This document shows, in pieces, positions 1 through 9,490 of a stretch of 64,000 bases of DNA. This DNA is from Ostreococcus lucimarinus. Lineage: Eukaryota. The notes under the pieces were generated by a model. That model ran no database searches. It worked only from the letters and a program-made list of their open reading frames with translations, and was not told the origin of the DNA. Location: NCBI GenBank assembly GCA_000092065.1, contig CP000598.1. One strand, written 5' to 3'. How positions within the stretch are numbered: the first letter of the stretch is position 1; each line of letters starts with the position of its first letter. The position numbers and the translations under genes were made by a program.

Positions 1-148
1 CCCTAAACCCTAAACCCTAAACCCTAAACCCTAAACCCTAAACCCTAAACCCTAAACCCTAAACCCTAAACCCTAAACCCTAAACCCTAAACCCTAAACC
101 CTAAACCCTAAACCCTAAACCCTAAACCCTAAACCCTAAACCCTAAAC
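1..148. repeat. Telomeric repeat array (CCCTAAA)n, about 21 units. The G-rich strand TTTAGGG is on the complement, so this is the left chromosome end.
   Basis: Perfect 7-nt period from position 1 to 147, then unique sequence. Orientation (C-rich strand 5' to 3' running inward) is correct for a left telomere. Confidence 0.95.
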
Positions 149-788
149 GACATTGACAGCCCACCTTTCTCGAGATGCGCTTCGCCTTCCCGCTGCAGAG
201 CTTGGCAAACTTTTCCTTGGCATCAACCGAATGGTCTTCAGGACCACAAAAGCAATGCCAGATGGTTATATTCGTGTATAATGACCCCACGCTGTTTGTT
301 CCCCTCCCTTTCTTGTATCTAGAATAAACGCGGAACTCTGTGGCGGCGTCGCACTGCACGCCGCGTCGGAAATCTAGCAACCTCTCCGCCGGGATCACGG
401 CGTGCAGCCAATTACTCGCGCTTTTCTCGTAAGGCCACTGAACATCACATTGCCAAACGATATCTCGATGTGAGAACAATCCCGCAGGCGGTGTCGATAC
501 GAAAAACTTCGGCGGATCGCGCTTGGAAGCTCGCACCTTGAAAGCTCGCATGCTCCTGGCGTACTTGGTTTTGTTCGCTCGCGGGCCTTGGCCACTGACA
601 GAGCGAGTATCGTCCACGTAAAATGTCAGCCAGAACCCGTGACATCGCGTAACACACAGCTCAGAGTCCTTTCCGACGGTTGGAAACGAAAACACCGTCT
701 CGTACTCGTCGACGGGGACGATTCCGAGCGCGTCATCGCCAACCTGGGAGGGCACCGTCACCCCTTCCCCGGCATCTTCCGGCTGCAT
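129..788 (-). CDS. Hypothetical ORF (219 aa) directly next to the telomere. Its last codons and stop lie inside the telomere repeats.
   Basis: Long ORF in the six-frame track with no recognisable motif. The C-terminus reads into CCCTAAA units. In GC-rich DNA it could be spurious, or a gene truncated by telomere healing. Confidence 0.2.
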   Translation of the reverse strand: MQPEDAGEGVTVPSQVGDDALGIVPVDEYETVFSFPTVGKDSELCVTRCHGFWLTFYVDDTRSVSGQGPRANKTKYARSMRAFKVRASKRDPPKFFVSTPPAGLFSHRDIVWQCDVQWPYEKSASNWLHAVIPAERLLDFRRGVQCDAATEFRVYSRYKKGRGTNSVGSLYTNITIWHCFCGPEDHSVDAKEKFAKLCSGKAKRISRKVGCQCRLGFRV

Positions 789-1261
789 ATATCACGTCGC
801 GGCCGGGTTTGACGAGTCGTCGCGACTCTCACGTCGCAGCGACGGCGTCCCGCGCCGCGTTGGCGCCGTCCCCCCCCCGCCGTCGTCGCGCGGGGAGGCG
901 ACGTCTGCCGCGATGGCGACGCAGGGAGCTCGGCGTCTCGGCACAGTCCCTGTTGGCGAGTTATGACTGGTCAACGATTTATTGAGTCATGAACGGTCAC
1001 TGAAACCCTACTGATGTTGCTCTGAACGAGTCAAAATCCCATGGCATGTGATGAGAGATAAGCACATGAATGAAGCCAATCCCGTATTATAGTGGTTCTA
1101 ACGCCTATGTCTATACTACACGACCTAGACCTACATATAGACTTAGCGTGTATGAGTCAGCATCGGACAAGCTCGCGCGGCAACCATCGCGACTCATAAA
1201 CCCAAGGTTTCTCATAGATTATCTAACATTAGCACCAGTGTAATGCGGGATTGGGTTCATC

Positions 1262-1316
1262 TCATGAGTCATTATCCCTCATACTCGTAATCGACATCAC
1301 TTATCGACGCACTTAG
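1262..1316. repeat. Short fragment of the copia LTR family (matches the cgtaatcgacatcacttatcgacgcact core of the 53024/58579 LTRs).
   Basis: Direct by-eye match to the internal LTR segment atcatcacttatcgacgcactaggcccgattg of the intact element. It sits just upstream of the FkbM gene start. Confidence 0.55.
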
Positions 1317-1344
1317 ACGGTGCGAGCTTCGCCTGTAGATTCTG

Positions 1345-2472
1345 ATGTCACTCGTCACAGCAGCCCAGAAAATGTGCGCAACTCGAAAATATATTGCCGC
1401 TGCTAAGATTTTCACCGTCGTGAGCGCGTTGCTGGTGGTGCGAGAGTACGCACGAGCTGCTCAAAGCGATCGACGGGTTCGAGTCGACTCTCAAACGTTC
1501 ACAAACCAAGTCACGGATAGTAGACGCTTCGATCTGTCAACGTGGGCGAGAGAGCTGCTGCGCGACGTCGGTCCGAAAGCAAACTCTGATGGTATACGTG
1601 TGGGCTTGAGATACATGCAGGCTGAAGATAAACCGTTTTGGATGACCGTGCCTTATAAAATTCCACTTGCGGCCCACGATATAAATGAGCACGTATGGGA
1701 CGCGGGTTCATTTTATGTAGACACTGAAGCCGAATGCGCGCGCAAAATCATGTCGACATTCTGCAACCCCGCCGTCCTCGTCTTGGACGTAGGTGCCAAT
1801 TCTGGTTATTTCTCTCTGCTCGCCGCCGCCTCCGGCTGCAGAGCGTTCGCGTTTGAGCCTGTTAAAGACCACGTGTACTTCATCGAACTATCGGCCGCTT
1901 TAAATGGATTCCGTGATAGGCTACAAGTGTTCAACAAGATTGTTTCAAACACTAAAAATGTTATATTCAATGGCTGGAACGCTGCCTCGAGTGACATGTC
2001 GTTTGTTGCAAACGCTGAAGAGCATAACAAAGAAAAGGCCGGACTGGCGCAGTCGAGCATGAAGCAGGCCTCTGCAGATGATGCCGTCGCCATAGACGAA
2101 GTCGTGAAAGAAGACGTGCTATACATGAAGGTCGACGTTGAAGGCTTCGAACCGAGTGTGTTCGCATCTGCACAGAATTTGATCAAGGATTACACAGTGC
2201 GCTATATTCTCTTTGAGATGACATATTACTTGTACAAGTGGACAGATGCCGATTACTTGATGATACTAGAGTCTCTTGACGGATACGGATACCGCTTGTA
2301 CCACATCGAAGCCAACCATCCAATAAAAAATCCTCAGCAGACGCTTCCGAGAGGAGGATCCCGTTTGAAAGCGTGGTTTGATAAACTTAAGGCCACATGT
2401 GATACCCATGCTACGCATTTTTGTCAAGCAAATATATTTGCCGTTCACGCACAAGCAACCTGGCCAGTCTGA
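1345..2472 (+). CDS. FkbM-family SAM-dependent methyltransferase (Methyltransf_21).
   Basis: 375-aa ORF. Motifs LDVGANSGYFSLLAAASGCRAFAFEP and, about 120 aa later, VLYMKVDVEGFEPSV match the FkbM signature (LDVGAN.G ... IDLLKIDVEGAE). Codon use is GC3-rich. Confidence 0.75.
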   Translation: MSLVTAAQKMCATRKYIAAAKIFTVVSALLVVREYARAAQSDRRVRVDSQTFTNQVTDSRRFDLSTWARELLRDVGPKANSDGIRVGLRYMQAEDKPFWMTVPYKIPLAAHDINEHVWDAGSFYVDTEAECARKIMSTFCNPAVLVLDVGANSGYFSLLAAASGCRAFAFEPVKDHVYFIELSAALNGFRDRLQVFNKIVSNTKNVIFNGWNAASSDMSFVANAEEHNKEKAGLAQSSMKQASADDAVAIDEVVKEDVLYMKVDVEGFEPSVFASAQNLIKDYTVRYILFEMTYYLYKWTDADYLMILESLDGYGYRLYHIEANHPIKNPQQTLPRGGSRLKAWFDKLKATCDTHATHFCQANIFAVHAQATWPV

Positions 2473-2619
2473 GTCCAGAAGCCGGTCAAGAGCGCTTCCT
2501 TCATGGCGCTCACGCGCGCTACCACAGACTCGTCGGCGACAGCGACCCAAAGCTGATAGAGATAGCGAGTGCTACAAACATCGCGTATCCCGATTAACTA
2601 CTTTGAAACCAACTCATTT

Positions 2620-3166
2620 GAAGTGTTTTTGTCGTGCGTTCCTTATGCGGCAGGACTTAGAGGTGCGAATACTTGTGGATCCAAATGGGTAGATAAGGTA
2701 AAACCAGATGGTTCCCTTAAGTCTAGATTGGTAGTACAAGGATTCACCCAAGTTTGGTTGAAGGACTACCACGACACATTTAGTGCTTTTGCTTCCATGA
2801 CCACGTTTAGAATATTCATCAACGTTACGGCATCTTAAGATGGGACATCTTCACGAAAGATGTTTCCCAAGCTTAGACTTAGCTTAGAATTTAAGAGGAA
2901 CTTTTCAGGTCCAGCAGAAATTCACGAGTGTTCTAATCACTTCAACGTGATGTGAAGTCATATATCTTCAGAGTACATACAAGATTCCAGCAACCAGAGG
3001 TTGAATGAAGGTAATGTGAAGAGTGATGCGCTGCACACATTTCAAGAGTATCTCGAGAAGGTCGAAAGTGAGGAAACCCAACCTTTCAAAGGGATTGGTA
3101 CGTCTTCAGACTAGAGAAAGCTATAGCTCCTTGTAATCGACATCACTTATCGACGCACTAGGCCCG
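2620..3166 (+). mobile_element. Internally deleted remnant of the same Ty1/copia family: an RT fragment joined to the C-terminal end of pol, then a deleted 3' LTR.
   Basis: Translation CGSKWVDKVKPDGSLKSRLVVQGFTQVWLKDYHDTFSA (2677-2800) is near-identical to the RT segment of the intact pol at 53214-57212. Translation NFSGPAEIHECSNHFNVM...SDALHTFQEYLEKVESEETQPFKGIG (2900-3110) matches the pol C-terminus. Then come stop, the PPT-like ctagagaaagcta, and an LTR fragment ending at about 3166. Confidence 0.85.
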
Positions 3167-3527
3167 ATTGATCACAATTTATCAGGTATATCTCGCAGAA
3201 TCTGTCATTTATTATCAGGTGGAGGCAGCCAGATCACGCTGGTACACTGGTACCGAAAAAGCCTTCAGCAGGTGCTGCGGGCCTCTAGCCGGCGTTGCAT
3301 TGTCGCCCATCCTACCGCGTTGCACTGGTCGCTGTGAGCCGTCCGTGCGCGCGCCCACAGGTGTGCCGGTGGAATAACACCGATACCTTACCGACACACG
3401 TGCTCATCGATGTCGTCGCACGTAAAGAGCTTTTATTAAGACGAGTCGGCTGATTCTGCAACTCGCGGAACGAAACGTTTCGCGCACGAACGAGGGCTTT
3501 TTCGTCGCGAATTTCTCATCGCGCGGA

Positions 3528-4418
3528 ATGAAACGCGGAGGCGTTCGGAACAAGCTGTGCTCAACCAATCGGCGAGTTGATCGTTGCAATAAGGCATGGA
3601 CGCTCGCGCTGGTACCTTTCGCAACCACCTCAATTCTGCTTCTTTTGCTTCACGCGTCGCGGCGAGGTATACAAAGTCATTGGAACGACGCAACAGTGCC
3701 GGCGTTTCCGATGACTACGAATGGCGAAAACACAATGTCTGCTTTGCCTCACACATTGCACACCCTGACGTTACCGAACGATTCGTCGTTCGCGTTAAAA
3801 ATCACCACGCGACTCAACCCGACGTGGACGGTGAAGACGTACGACGCGTACGGCGGAGCCGAGTATATGGAAACGAACTGCAAAAAATATTCACGCGCGT
3901 ACAGAGCACTAAAACCACTCGCGTTCAAAGCTGATTTATTGCGGTACTGCATTCTGTACACCGAAGGCGGCGCTTGGATGGACGACGACATTTTACTGGT
4001 GAAGTCTCTCGACGAATTGACCCACGATATGCGCCACGACGCGTTGTTCGTGTACGACAGACGCGTGTACAAACTCGCGGGCGGGCCGAAACAAGTGTGG
4101 AACGCGTTCATGGTGGCGGTTCCCGGGTTGGACGTTTTCGCGCGCGCGATGGAGAAGATCGCCGCGAACGTCGCCGACCGACGACACTTTTATCATTCGT
4201 TGTACTACACCGGGCCCGCGTTGCTCTACGAAAGCATCGCGGATGGAGATTCGATCGAGTTTCGTTGGCGCGTGCAACATAGAGACGCGCTGAGCGCGGC
4301 GAGTCGACGCGTCGCGGACGTGCGCACGGACGAGGAGGTGTTGTTGCACTTTAAGCTGCCTCGAGCGACGAAGCACTACAGCGAAATGTCGCGGGGAGGG
4401 GACATTTACGCGTCGTGA
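3528..4418 (+). CDS. GT32-family glycosyltransferase (Och1/Gly_transf_sug type, DxD), type II membrane protein.
   Basis: 296 aa with the N-terminal hydrophobic anchor LALVPFATTSILLLLLHA. Motif KADLLRYCILYTEGGAWMDDDI matches the GT32 signature ADILRYxILYxYGGIYLDTDV. Confidence 0.7.
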   Translation: MKRGGVRNKLCSTNRRVDRCNKAWTLALVPFATTSILLLLLHASRRGIQSHWNDATVPAFPMTTNGENTMSALPHTLHTLTLPNDSSFALKITTRLNPTWTVKTYDAYGGAEYMETNCKKYSRAYRALKPLAFKADLLRYCILYTEGGAWMDDDILLVKSLDELTHDMRHDALFVYDRRVYKLAGGPKQVWNAFMVAVPGLDVFARAMEKIAANVADRRHFYHSLYYTGPALLYESIADGDSIEFRWRVQHRDALSAASRRVADVRTDEEVLLHFKLPRATKHYSEMSRGGDIYAS

Positions 4419-4641
4419 AGAAGTCGGCGGAAACGATTTGGCGCGATCGATCGTACGTAGATTCTAGCTCAACGTGTAGTGATGTAGTCTCGAAATCGCA
4501 TCATAGTGTATCATTCTCGTCACGTGCGTAATCACTCACCTCACTTCTCTTTCCCCAGTATTCGTCGTTCGTTTCACGCTTCGCCTCGCTTCGAACGGCT
4601 CCGTCCTCGCACGATCGAAGCGCGCGCGAGAAATCAGCGCG

Positions 4642-5613
4642 TTGTTGCTTTTCGCGGCGTGTTTGACCCTGTTCACACGGTATCGCCGCGCCAAACTCGC
4701 GCGTGCTCGGGTCGAAGAACAGCACTCGTCCGTACAACCGAAGCCGACGCGTTCGACGGCGCCGATCGCAAAAGACGTCGACGCCGCCTTCGATCGCGCG
4801 ATCAACGCGATCAACGCCGATAAGCTCAAGCGCTACGCGCTTTTCGACACCGTCTCGCGCGGAGGCACGCAGAAGGCCGATGGTTGGTACCAAGACAACG
4901 TGGAGCCCGCCGTGACGTGCGCGCGCGAAGAGCGCGCCGGTCCAGCTGGCGAGGGTGGGAAGGGGTTGTGCGACCCGAACCGTCTGCGCGCGCAGGGTGC
5001 GGACTGTTTGATATATAGCGTCGGAAGTTTCGATGACTTTAGTTTCGAAGAAGCGATCACGCGGGACGTGTCGAGCGCGCGCGAAATACACGCGTTCGAT
5101 CACACGGTGTCGAACCCGCGAAACAAACCGTGTGGTGTCCACTTTCATCCATTGGGATTAGGAGGCGCGCGCGAACCCGATGGGAGCGATTTGAAAGGTT
5201 TAGCCGACATCGTCGTCGCGCTCGGTCACAAAGGAAGGACGATAGACGTATTAAAAATTGACTGCGAAGGCTGCGAATGGAGCACTTACGGCAGCTGGTT
5301 CGACGCCGACGTGCGCGTCGATGAAATGCTCGTGGAAATACACGCGGGCACGATTGACTCGAACTTGAACGAAATACATCAATCGTGGCTCTCTCTGATC
5401 GTCGGCGAACAACTTTTCGGCCGCGGCGCGCTCGACCCTTCGCGCGAGCCGGTGGCGAAACGTTTCTTACGACGCCTTTACGACGAAAACTTTTACATTT
5501 TCCACAAAGAGCCGAATATCAAGTATTCACGATTGCACAAAATGTGCGTCGAATTCGCACTCATTCGCTTCGATGGTGGTATTGAGGGTGTGGAAAATTC
5601 CCCAAACTCGTAG
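4642..5613 (+). CDS. Methyltransf_21 (FkbM-domain) methyltransferase-like protein, membrane anchored.
   Basis: 323 aa. N-terminal TM LLFAACLTLF; CLIYSVGSFDDFSFEEAI...EIHAFDHTVS; later IDVLKIDCEGCEWS. These fit the Methyltransf_21 pattern (C.VYSFG.g.D.SFD ... HAFDPT ... ID.LKIDVEG.E). The true start may be internal. Confidence 0.6.
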   Translation: MLLFAACLTLFTRYRRAKLARARVEEQHSSVQPKPTRSTAPIAKDVDAAFDRAINAINADKLKRYALFDTVSRGGTQKADGWYQDNVEPAVTCAREERAGPAGEGGKGLCDPNRLRAQGADCLIYSVGSFDDFSFEEAITRDVSSAREIHAFDHTVSNPRNKPCGVHFHPLGLGGAREPDGSDLKGLADIVVALGHKGRTIDVLKIDCEGCEWSTYGSWFDADVRVDEMLVEIHAGTIDSNLNEIHQSWLSLIVGEQLFGRGALDPSREPVAKRFLRRLYDENFYIFHKEPNIKYSRLHKMCVEFALIRFDGGIEGVENSPNS

Positions 5614-6041
5614 TAGGTGACAGACACTCTTGTAAATCACTGGGCACGTCCTTTCGAGTCAGCGCTCAACTCTTCGATGACGAAACCAGCGCCACCAGCT
5701 CGACGTTCCATCGAGTCTTTCGACGCAAATGCTCGCCTGTCCTCCGTACCCGCCGCCAGTGGGAAAAAAGTACCGCGCGTTCGCCAGATAGACGAAATCG
5801 TCATCCGGGAGCGCGCTCAGCCGCTGCACGATGTCGTGGCCGCGTCGCGTGAGAAGCTCGACCACCTTGATCGTGTACCATTCGCTCCCTTTGCTATCGC
5901 TAAAATGATTCCTATGCACGGCTGAACCGACGACCATGACGGACAATCGCCTCTCGCAAAGGTGGTTATGACTGACAGACACAAGACGCTTAATTAGTTT
6001 CAAGCACTATGCCACTTTGAGCCGATGCAACCGCTCTCAGC

Positions 6042-8318
6042 CTACCCGAAGAAATCCTTTCCACGGTTCTCGCATTCAACGAAACCAATTTGATAGTGTT
6101 TGTCAACCAAGTGGCGCTGCCTCGCCGTGTTGCGCCAGTTATTCCGGCGAATCCATTTTTGATACTCTATTTCGTCGCTTTTCAACGCGAAGAAATACCG
6201 GCGGTGTCGCGCGCTCGATCCACGCGACGCGCGCGAGCACGTAGTCTCGGCTTCATTTCTGTCAAAGAAAAAGTCGTGCGTTCGTAAAGGACGATTTCTT
6301 AGAACTAGCGCATCTCGAAACGAGCCGTACGAAAACGCTACGCGAGCGGCGCAGTTAAACTCCACCAAGTCAGAAATCAAGTCCCGTCCAAGTCTCATGG
6401 TGACGTTTGGAAGTACCGCGGCGAGCTGTTGAAAAAACATACACGTTGGATTGTTCAAGTCTTCGCAGAAAACTCGCACTTGTAATGCCGATTCCGAAGC
6501 GTAACTCTGCACGCTCGCGTAGTACGACGTCGGAAAAGGTCCGTACGTCGTGTGCTTTGACGGCTCTTTCGCAACGAAATGACCCGTCCAACGACTGTAG
6601 GAGCCGCTGACGATGTCTCCCGCGCGCACGTGCACCGCGAGCACATCATCGCCGACACTCTCGCAGGCACGACCAAACGCGTGCGTCACGTTCGTTTCAA
6701 AGTAACGCGAGATAGCATTGGTTACGACAGACCCGTCTGGTATAGACATTCGGTCGTCTGCAAAACCGTTCTGTTGACGAAGCGCATCTTTCGATTTGAG
6801 GTACGTATCGTACCAGCGACGCCCGCTCAGTTTCTGACACTTCTTCGCAGCACGCTTATTCCGCACACCATCGATCTGTTTGTTTGCGAAAAACGTATTT
6901 TCTGATCTCCATCCCGGTAGTATGTCGTCGAGTATGCGCACGTGACAACCGCGGACCAGCGCGTCCTCGAGCATCATCGCAAATATCCGTACCCTATTGC
7001 CGAGCCGACCGTACCATCGCTTAACTGAAACGATATCTGTGTCGTCGTACCTATCGCTCGATGGCTTCATTGGCGTGAAAACCATTCGCTCGTGATCAGT
7101 CTTCGGCTTTGAATCGACGTTTTTGTCGACGCCGGGGCGCGCCGAGCCGTTGCTCCCTCTAGCGATAGGACCATAAAACCAGTCGCGCAGCCATCGTCGC
7201 GCTCCGGGATGCGCTATGTTTTCGAATACATCGCCGTCTGCGGAAAACATACTTTGAAACGTCTTGGCTGTGAACGAAATCGCGCCCACGCGTTCGCCCA
7301 TTTTGACATCCGGCCGTCGAGGACAGACGAGATTCCCCTCCTCGTCAATTGAAAGTTCCAAGTTTTCAACCGTCGGATGCATGAAGTTGGAACAAAAGAA
7401 ACCAAAGTTATGACTCGACAAAAGTTTGTGCAGCAACACATCGCTCGATAACATTTCTTCCTCGAGCATCTGTCCGTAATACGTTTGTAAATCGTATTTC
7501 GGTGGCGTCCTCGCGCTGGACGTAATCCTCCTCCGTTCAAAGTCTCTGACCTTTGCTATTGTTTCGCGATCGAGCGACCAGAGATCTCCGAGTGCGTCGA
7601 ATTCCGGTCGAACCGAAGAGTGCGCGGAATGAAAACATGCTCTTATTCCCTCGCAGTGCGCGCCTCTTTGGTAACCCACGACCCACGACGAGCTTTGCCT
7701 GAACGTCTGTCCCAAGTCTACGAAGACGAGAGTGTCGAGATCGATCCATATCACCCTCGCACCGAACACCGTCATTAAATGTTCTACAGCATCAAGTTTC
7801 GCTCGTGAAAGCGCCGCCCACGGCCCGACGTTCGTGTAAGCGTTTGGCGGAAAAGACTGCGAGTCGCACGCGTGCGTGATTACGTCAACCTCTGTGCCAA
7901 ACGTGGTCTTGAGCGGAATCACGCCCGGCGTGTCCGTGTACACGTGTAAACACGGCGGTTTCCTTGCTTGCGATCTCGCCAACGACGAGTACATGAGCCG
8001 CAAAGCTATCTTCGTGCTTTCCACGCTCCATCTTTTGCCAGCGTTCCGCGCAAAGGCAAACGTAGCGAAGCGAATCGATTCCGGTTCGTCGGCTATCGAC
8101 GCTTCAAGCCGACCTCCGATGCACGGTTCGACGACCACTCGCGACTTTTTACGTTGGAGTGCAACATCATCGCTTTCTCGGGCGCGCTCGCGCGTGCGCT
8201 CTCTGCACAGCCAGCACGCGCACAGCGCGACGAGTACTATCGGAAGCGCTCGTCGTCGCGCGCGCCGCTGCGTTCGATGCGCGGGCAGAGTCGCCCGCGC
8301 ATCGCACGCGAACATCAC
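6042..8318 (-). CDS. Two-domain glycosyltransferase. The N-terminal domain is DxD-type (paralog of 25206-25985). The C-terminal domain is fucosyltransferase-like GT-B with an HxRxGD motif.
   Basis: 758 aa. TM LPIVLVALCACWLC near the N-terminus. The N-domain contains VIWIDLDTLVFVD and aligns by eye residue-for-residue with the 25206 ORF (SRAKLD.VE.LM...WIDLDTLVFVDL...SVRPEFD.LGDLWSLD...PPKYDLQ.Y...NFGF.CSNF.HPT...). The C-domain HVRAGDIV plus RWYGRLGNRVR resembles the GT11/GT23/GT65 fucosyltransferase motifs. Confidence 0.65.
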   Translation of the reverse strand: MMFACDARATLPAHRTQRRARRRALPIVLVALCACWLCRERTRERARESDDVALQRKKSRVVVEPCIGGRLEASIADEPESIRFATFAFARNAGKRWSVESTKIALRLMYSSLARSQARKPPCLHVYTDTPGVIPLKTTFGTEVDVITHACDSQSFPPNAYTNVGPWAALSRAKLDAVEHLMTVFGARVIWIDLDTLVFVDLGQTFRQSSSWVVGYQRGAHCEGIRACFHSAHSSVRPEFDALGDLWSLDRETIAKVRDFERRRITSSARTPPKYDLQTYYGQMLEEEMLSSDVLLHKLLSSHNFGFFCSNFMHPTVENLELSIDEEGNLVCPRRPDVKMGERVGAISFTAKTFQSMFSADGDVFENIAHPGARRWLRDWFYGPIARGSNGSARPGVDKNVDSKPKTDHERMVFTPMKPSSDRYDDTDIVSVKRWYGRLGNRVRIFAMMLEDALVRGCHVRILDDILPGWRSENTFFANKQIDGVRNKRAAKKCQKLSGRRWYDTYLKSKDALRQQNGFADDRMSIPDGSVVTNAISRYFETNVTHAFGRACESVGDDVLAVHVRAGDIVSGSYSRWTGHFVAKEPSKHTTYGPFPTSYYASVQSYASESALQVRVFCEDLNNPTCMFFQQLAAVLPNVTMRLGRDLISDLVEFNCAARVAFSYGSFRDALVLRNRPLRTHDFFFDRNEAETTCSRASRGSSARHRRYFFALKSDEIEYQKWIRRNNWRNTARQRHLVDKHYQIGFVECENRGKDFFG

Positions 8319-8329
8319 GCGACGTGCGC

Positions 8330-8960
8330 GCCGCGTCCCCGCGGACGCGGTCGCTCGTAATGCGGAGCGTCACGCGAAACAGAGCCGTCGCGGTCCGTTT
8401 TAGAGGAGGGTGTCGGCGAGGCGCGCGTCTCGCTCGGTGCGTCGATCCGGGTGCGCGGTGAAGATGATCTCGCGCGCGTCGTGCGTAGCGGACGCGGAGA
8501 ACGTCCCCACGCCTTGTGACGGCGGTTATCCCCCTTCGGCGCCCCAAACGCCCTCTACACACCCATGGCACCTTCGAGGGAGAGCCTAACGTCCAAACCG
8601 ACGTGGAAACTTTAGCCCCAGAACCGCGCGCGCGCGAGCGTCGTTCGCGCGCCGAGCGCGGCACCGATCGTCGCGCGCTGTGCGACGAGGGATTACGACG
8701 CCGACGACGCGGGTGCGCGAGCGCGACGCGCGAAGAAGGAGAACGCGTCGAAACGCGAATGGCGGCGATTCTCGCGGACGAGGATGCGGACGGTGCCCAC
8801 GGGCGCGGGCGTCGTCGGGACGACGCGCGCGGAAGGGGCACGCACGGCGTGGAGCTCGGCGAGCAGGTACGTGTCGCCGTTCATGACGTATTGGTCGCTG
8901 ATATTCGCGATCGCCGACGCTAACTGTCTCGGCGGCGACGCCACGGGGGCGACGTCGGCG
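8330..8960. repeat. GC-rich (CGCG-type) low-complexity block that produces overlapping arginine-rich spurious ORFs on both strands.
   Basis: Sequence is dominated by cgcg/gcgc oligomers. All ORFs here translate to R/A/G-rich low-complexity peptides on both strands. Confidence 0.6.
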
Positions 8961-8977
8961 GGAGCGCGTCGTCGAGC

Positions 8978-9199
8978 GTGCCGATCGCGAACTGGGACGT
9001 GAGCGCGGTGGATGACACGCGCGATTTGTTTCAGTACAAGAGTACCTTGAACGGAGATATCAGGAACTGCAACGTTGGCGCGGTGAAGAACGCGCATTCC
9101 ATGTTCTACCGGGACATCTCGCGCTTGGACGTCCGTGCGGTGAGAGATGTGCAACAAACGTTCTACTCAGCGTCGGCCTGGGAAGCTCTGACGCATTGA
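8978..9199 (+). pseudogene. Possible DUF285-type (BspA-like, WDVS.VT.M..MF) repeat fragment.
   Basis: Translation ANWDVSAVDDTRDLFQYKSTLNGDIRNCNVGAVKNAHSMFYRDISRLDVRAVRDVQQTFYSASAWE contains about 2.5 units resembling the DUF285 repeat W[DN]VS.VT.M..MF....FN.DIS.W. It is not embedded in a long intact ORF. Confidence 0.3.
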
Positions 9200-9235
9200 C
9201 GCACCTCGAGGTGTCTATGAAGAACGCCGCCAGAG

Positions 9236-9448
9236 TACGATCTCCAGGCGTATTTCAGTCTGATGCTCGAAAATGGTGTACTTGCCGAGAACGCTTTGCT
9301 TCACAACTTTCTACCGGACCTCAATTTTGGTTTCACGTGTTCAAACTTTGAGCACCCAACGTCGACTAATATGGAAATTTCTGTCGATAGCGCTGACGAT
9401 CAAGATGTTCGCGCTTGGTTCGCGCGATGGTTTTACTCGCCGCTCTGA
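9236..9448 (+). pseudogene. Truncated duplicate of the 3' end of the 25206-25985 gene (segmental duplication, internal deletion).
   Basis: Translation MLENGVLAENALLHNFLPDLNFGFTCSNFEHPTSTNMEISVDS|DDQDVRAWFARWFYSPL is near-identical to the C-terminus of 25206-25985 minus about 45 aa. The downstream sequence continues the duplication into the GT90 gene. Confidence 0.8.
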
Positions 9449-9490
9449 AAGAATTCGGCAGTAGTTGTCGCTAGATCGTAATATTTAATA

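Noticed and set aside
4501-5148. 215-aa minus-strand ORF
   Set aside because: It overlaps the Methyltransf_21 gene on the opposite strand and has no motif content. It is an antisense artefact.
5617-6003. Overlapping 102-aa (+) and 114-aa (-) ORFs between the methyltransferase and the two-domain GT
   Set aside because: Neither has recognisable motifs. They are mutually exclusive and short, so this is probably intergenic sequence.
8167-8841. Several 100-224 aa Arg-rich ORFs on both strands
   Set aside because: They are translations of a CGCG low-complexity block. There is no domain-like sequence and the frames overlap one another.
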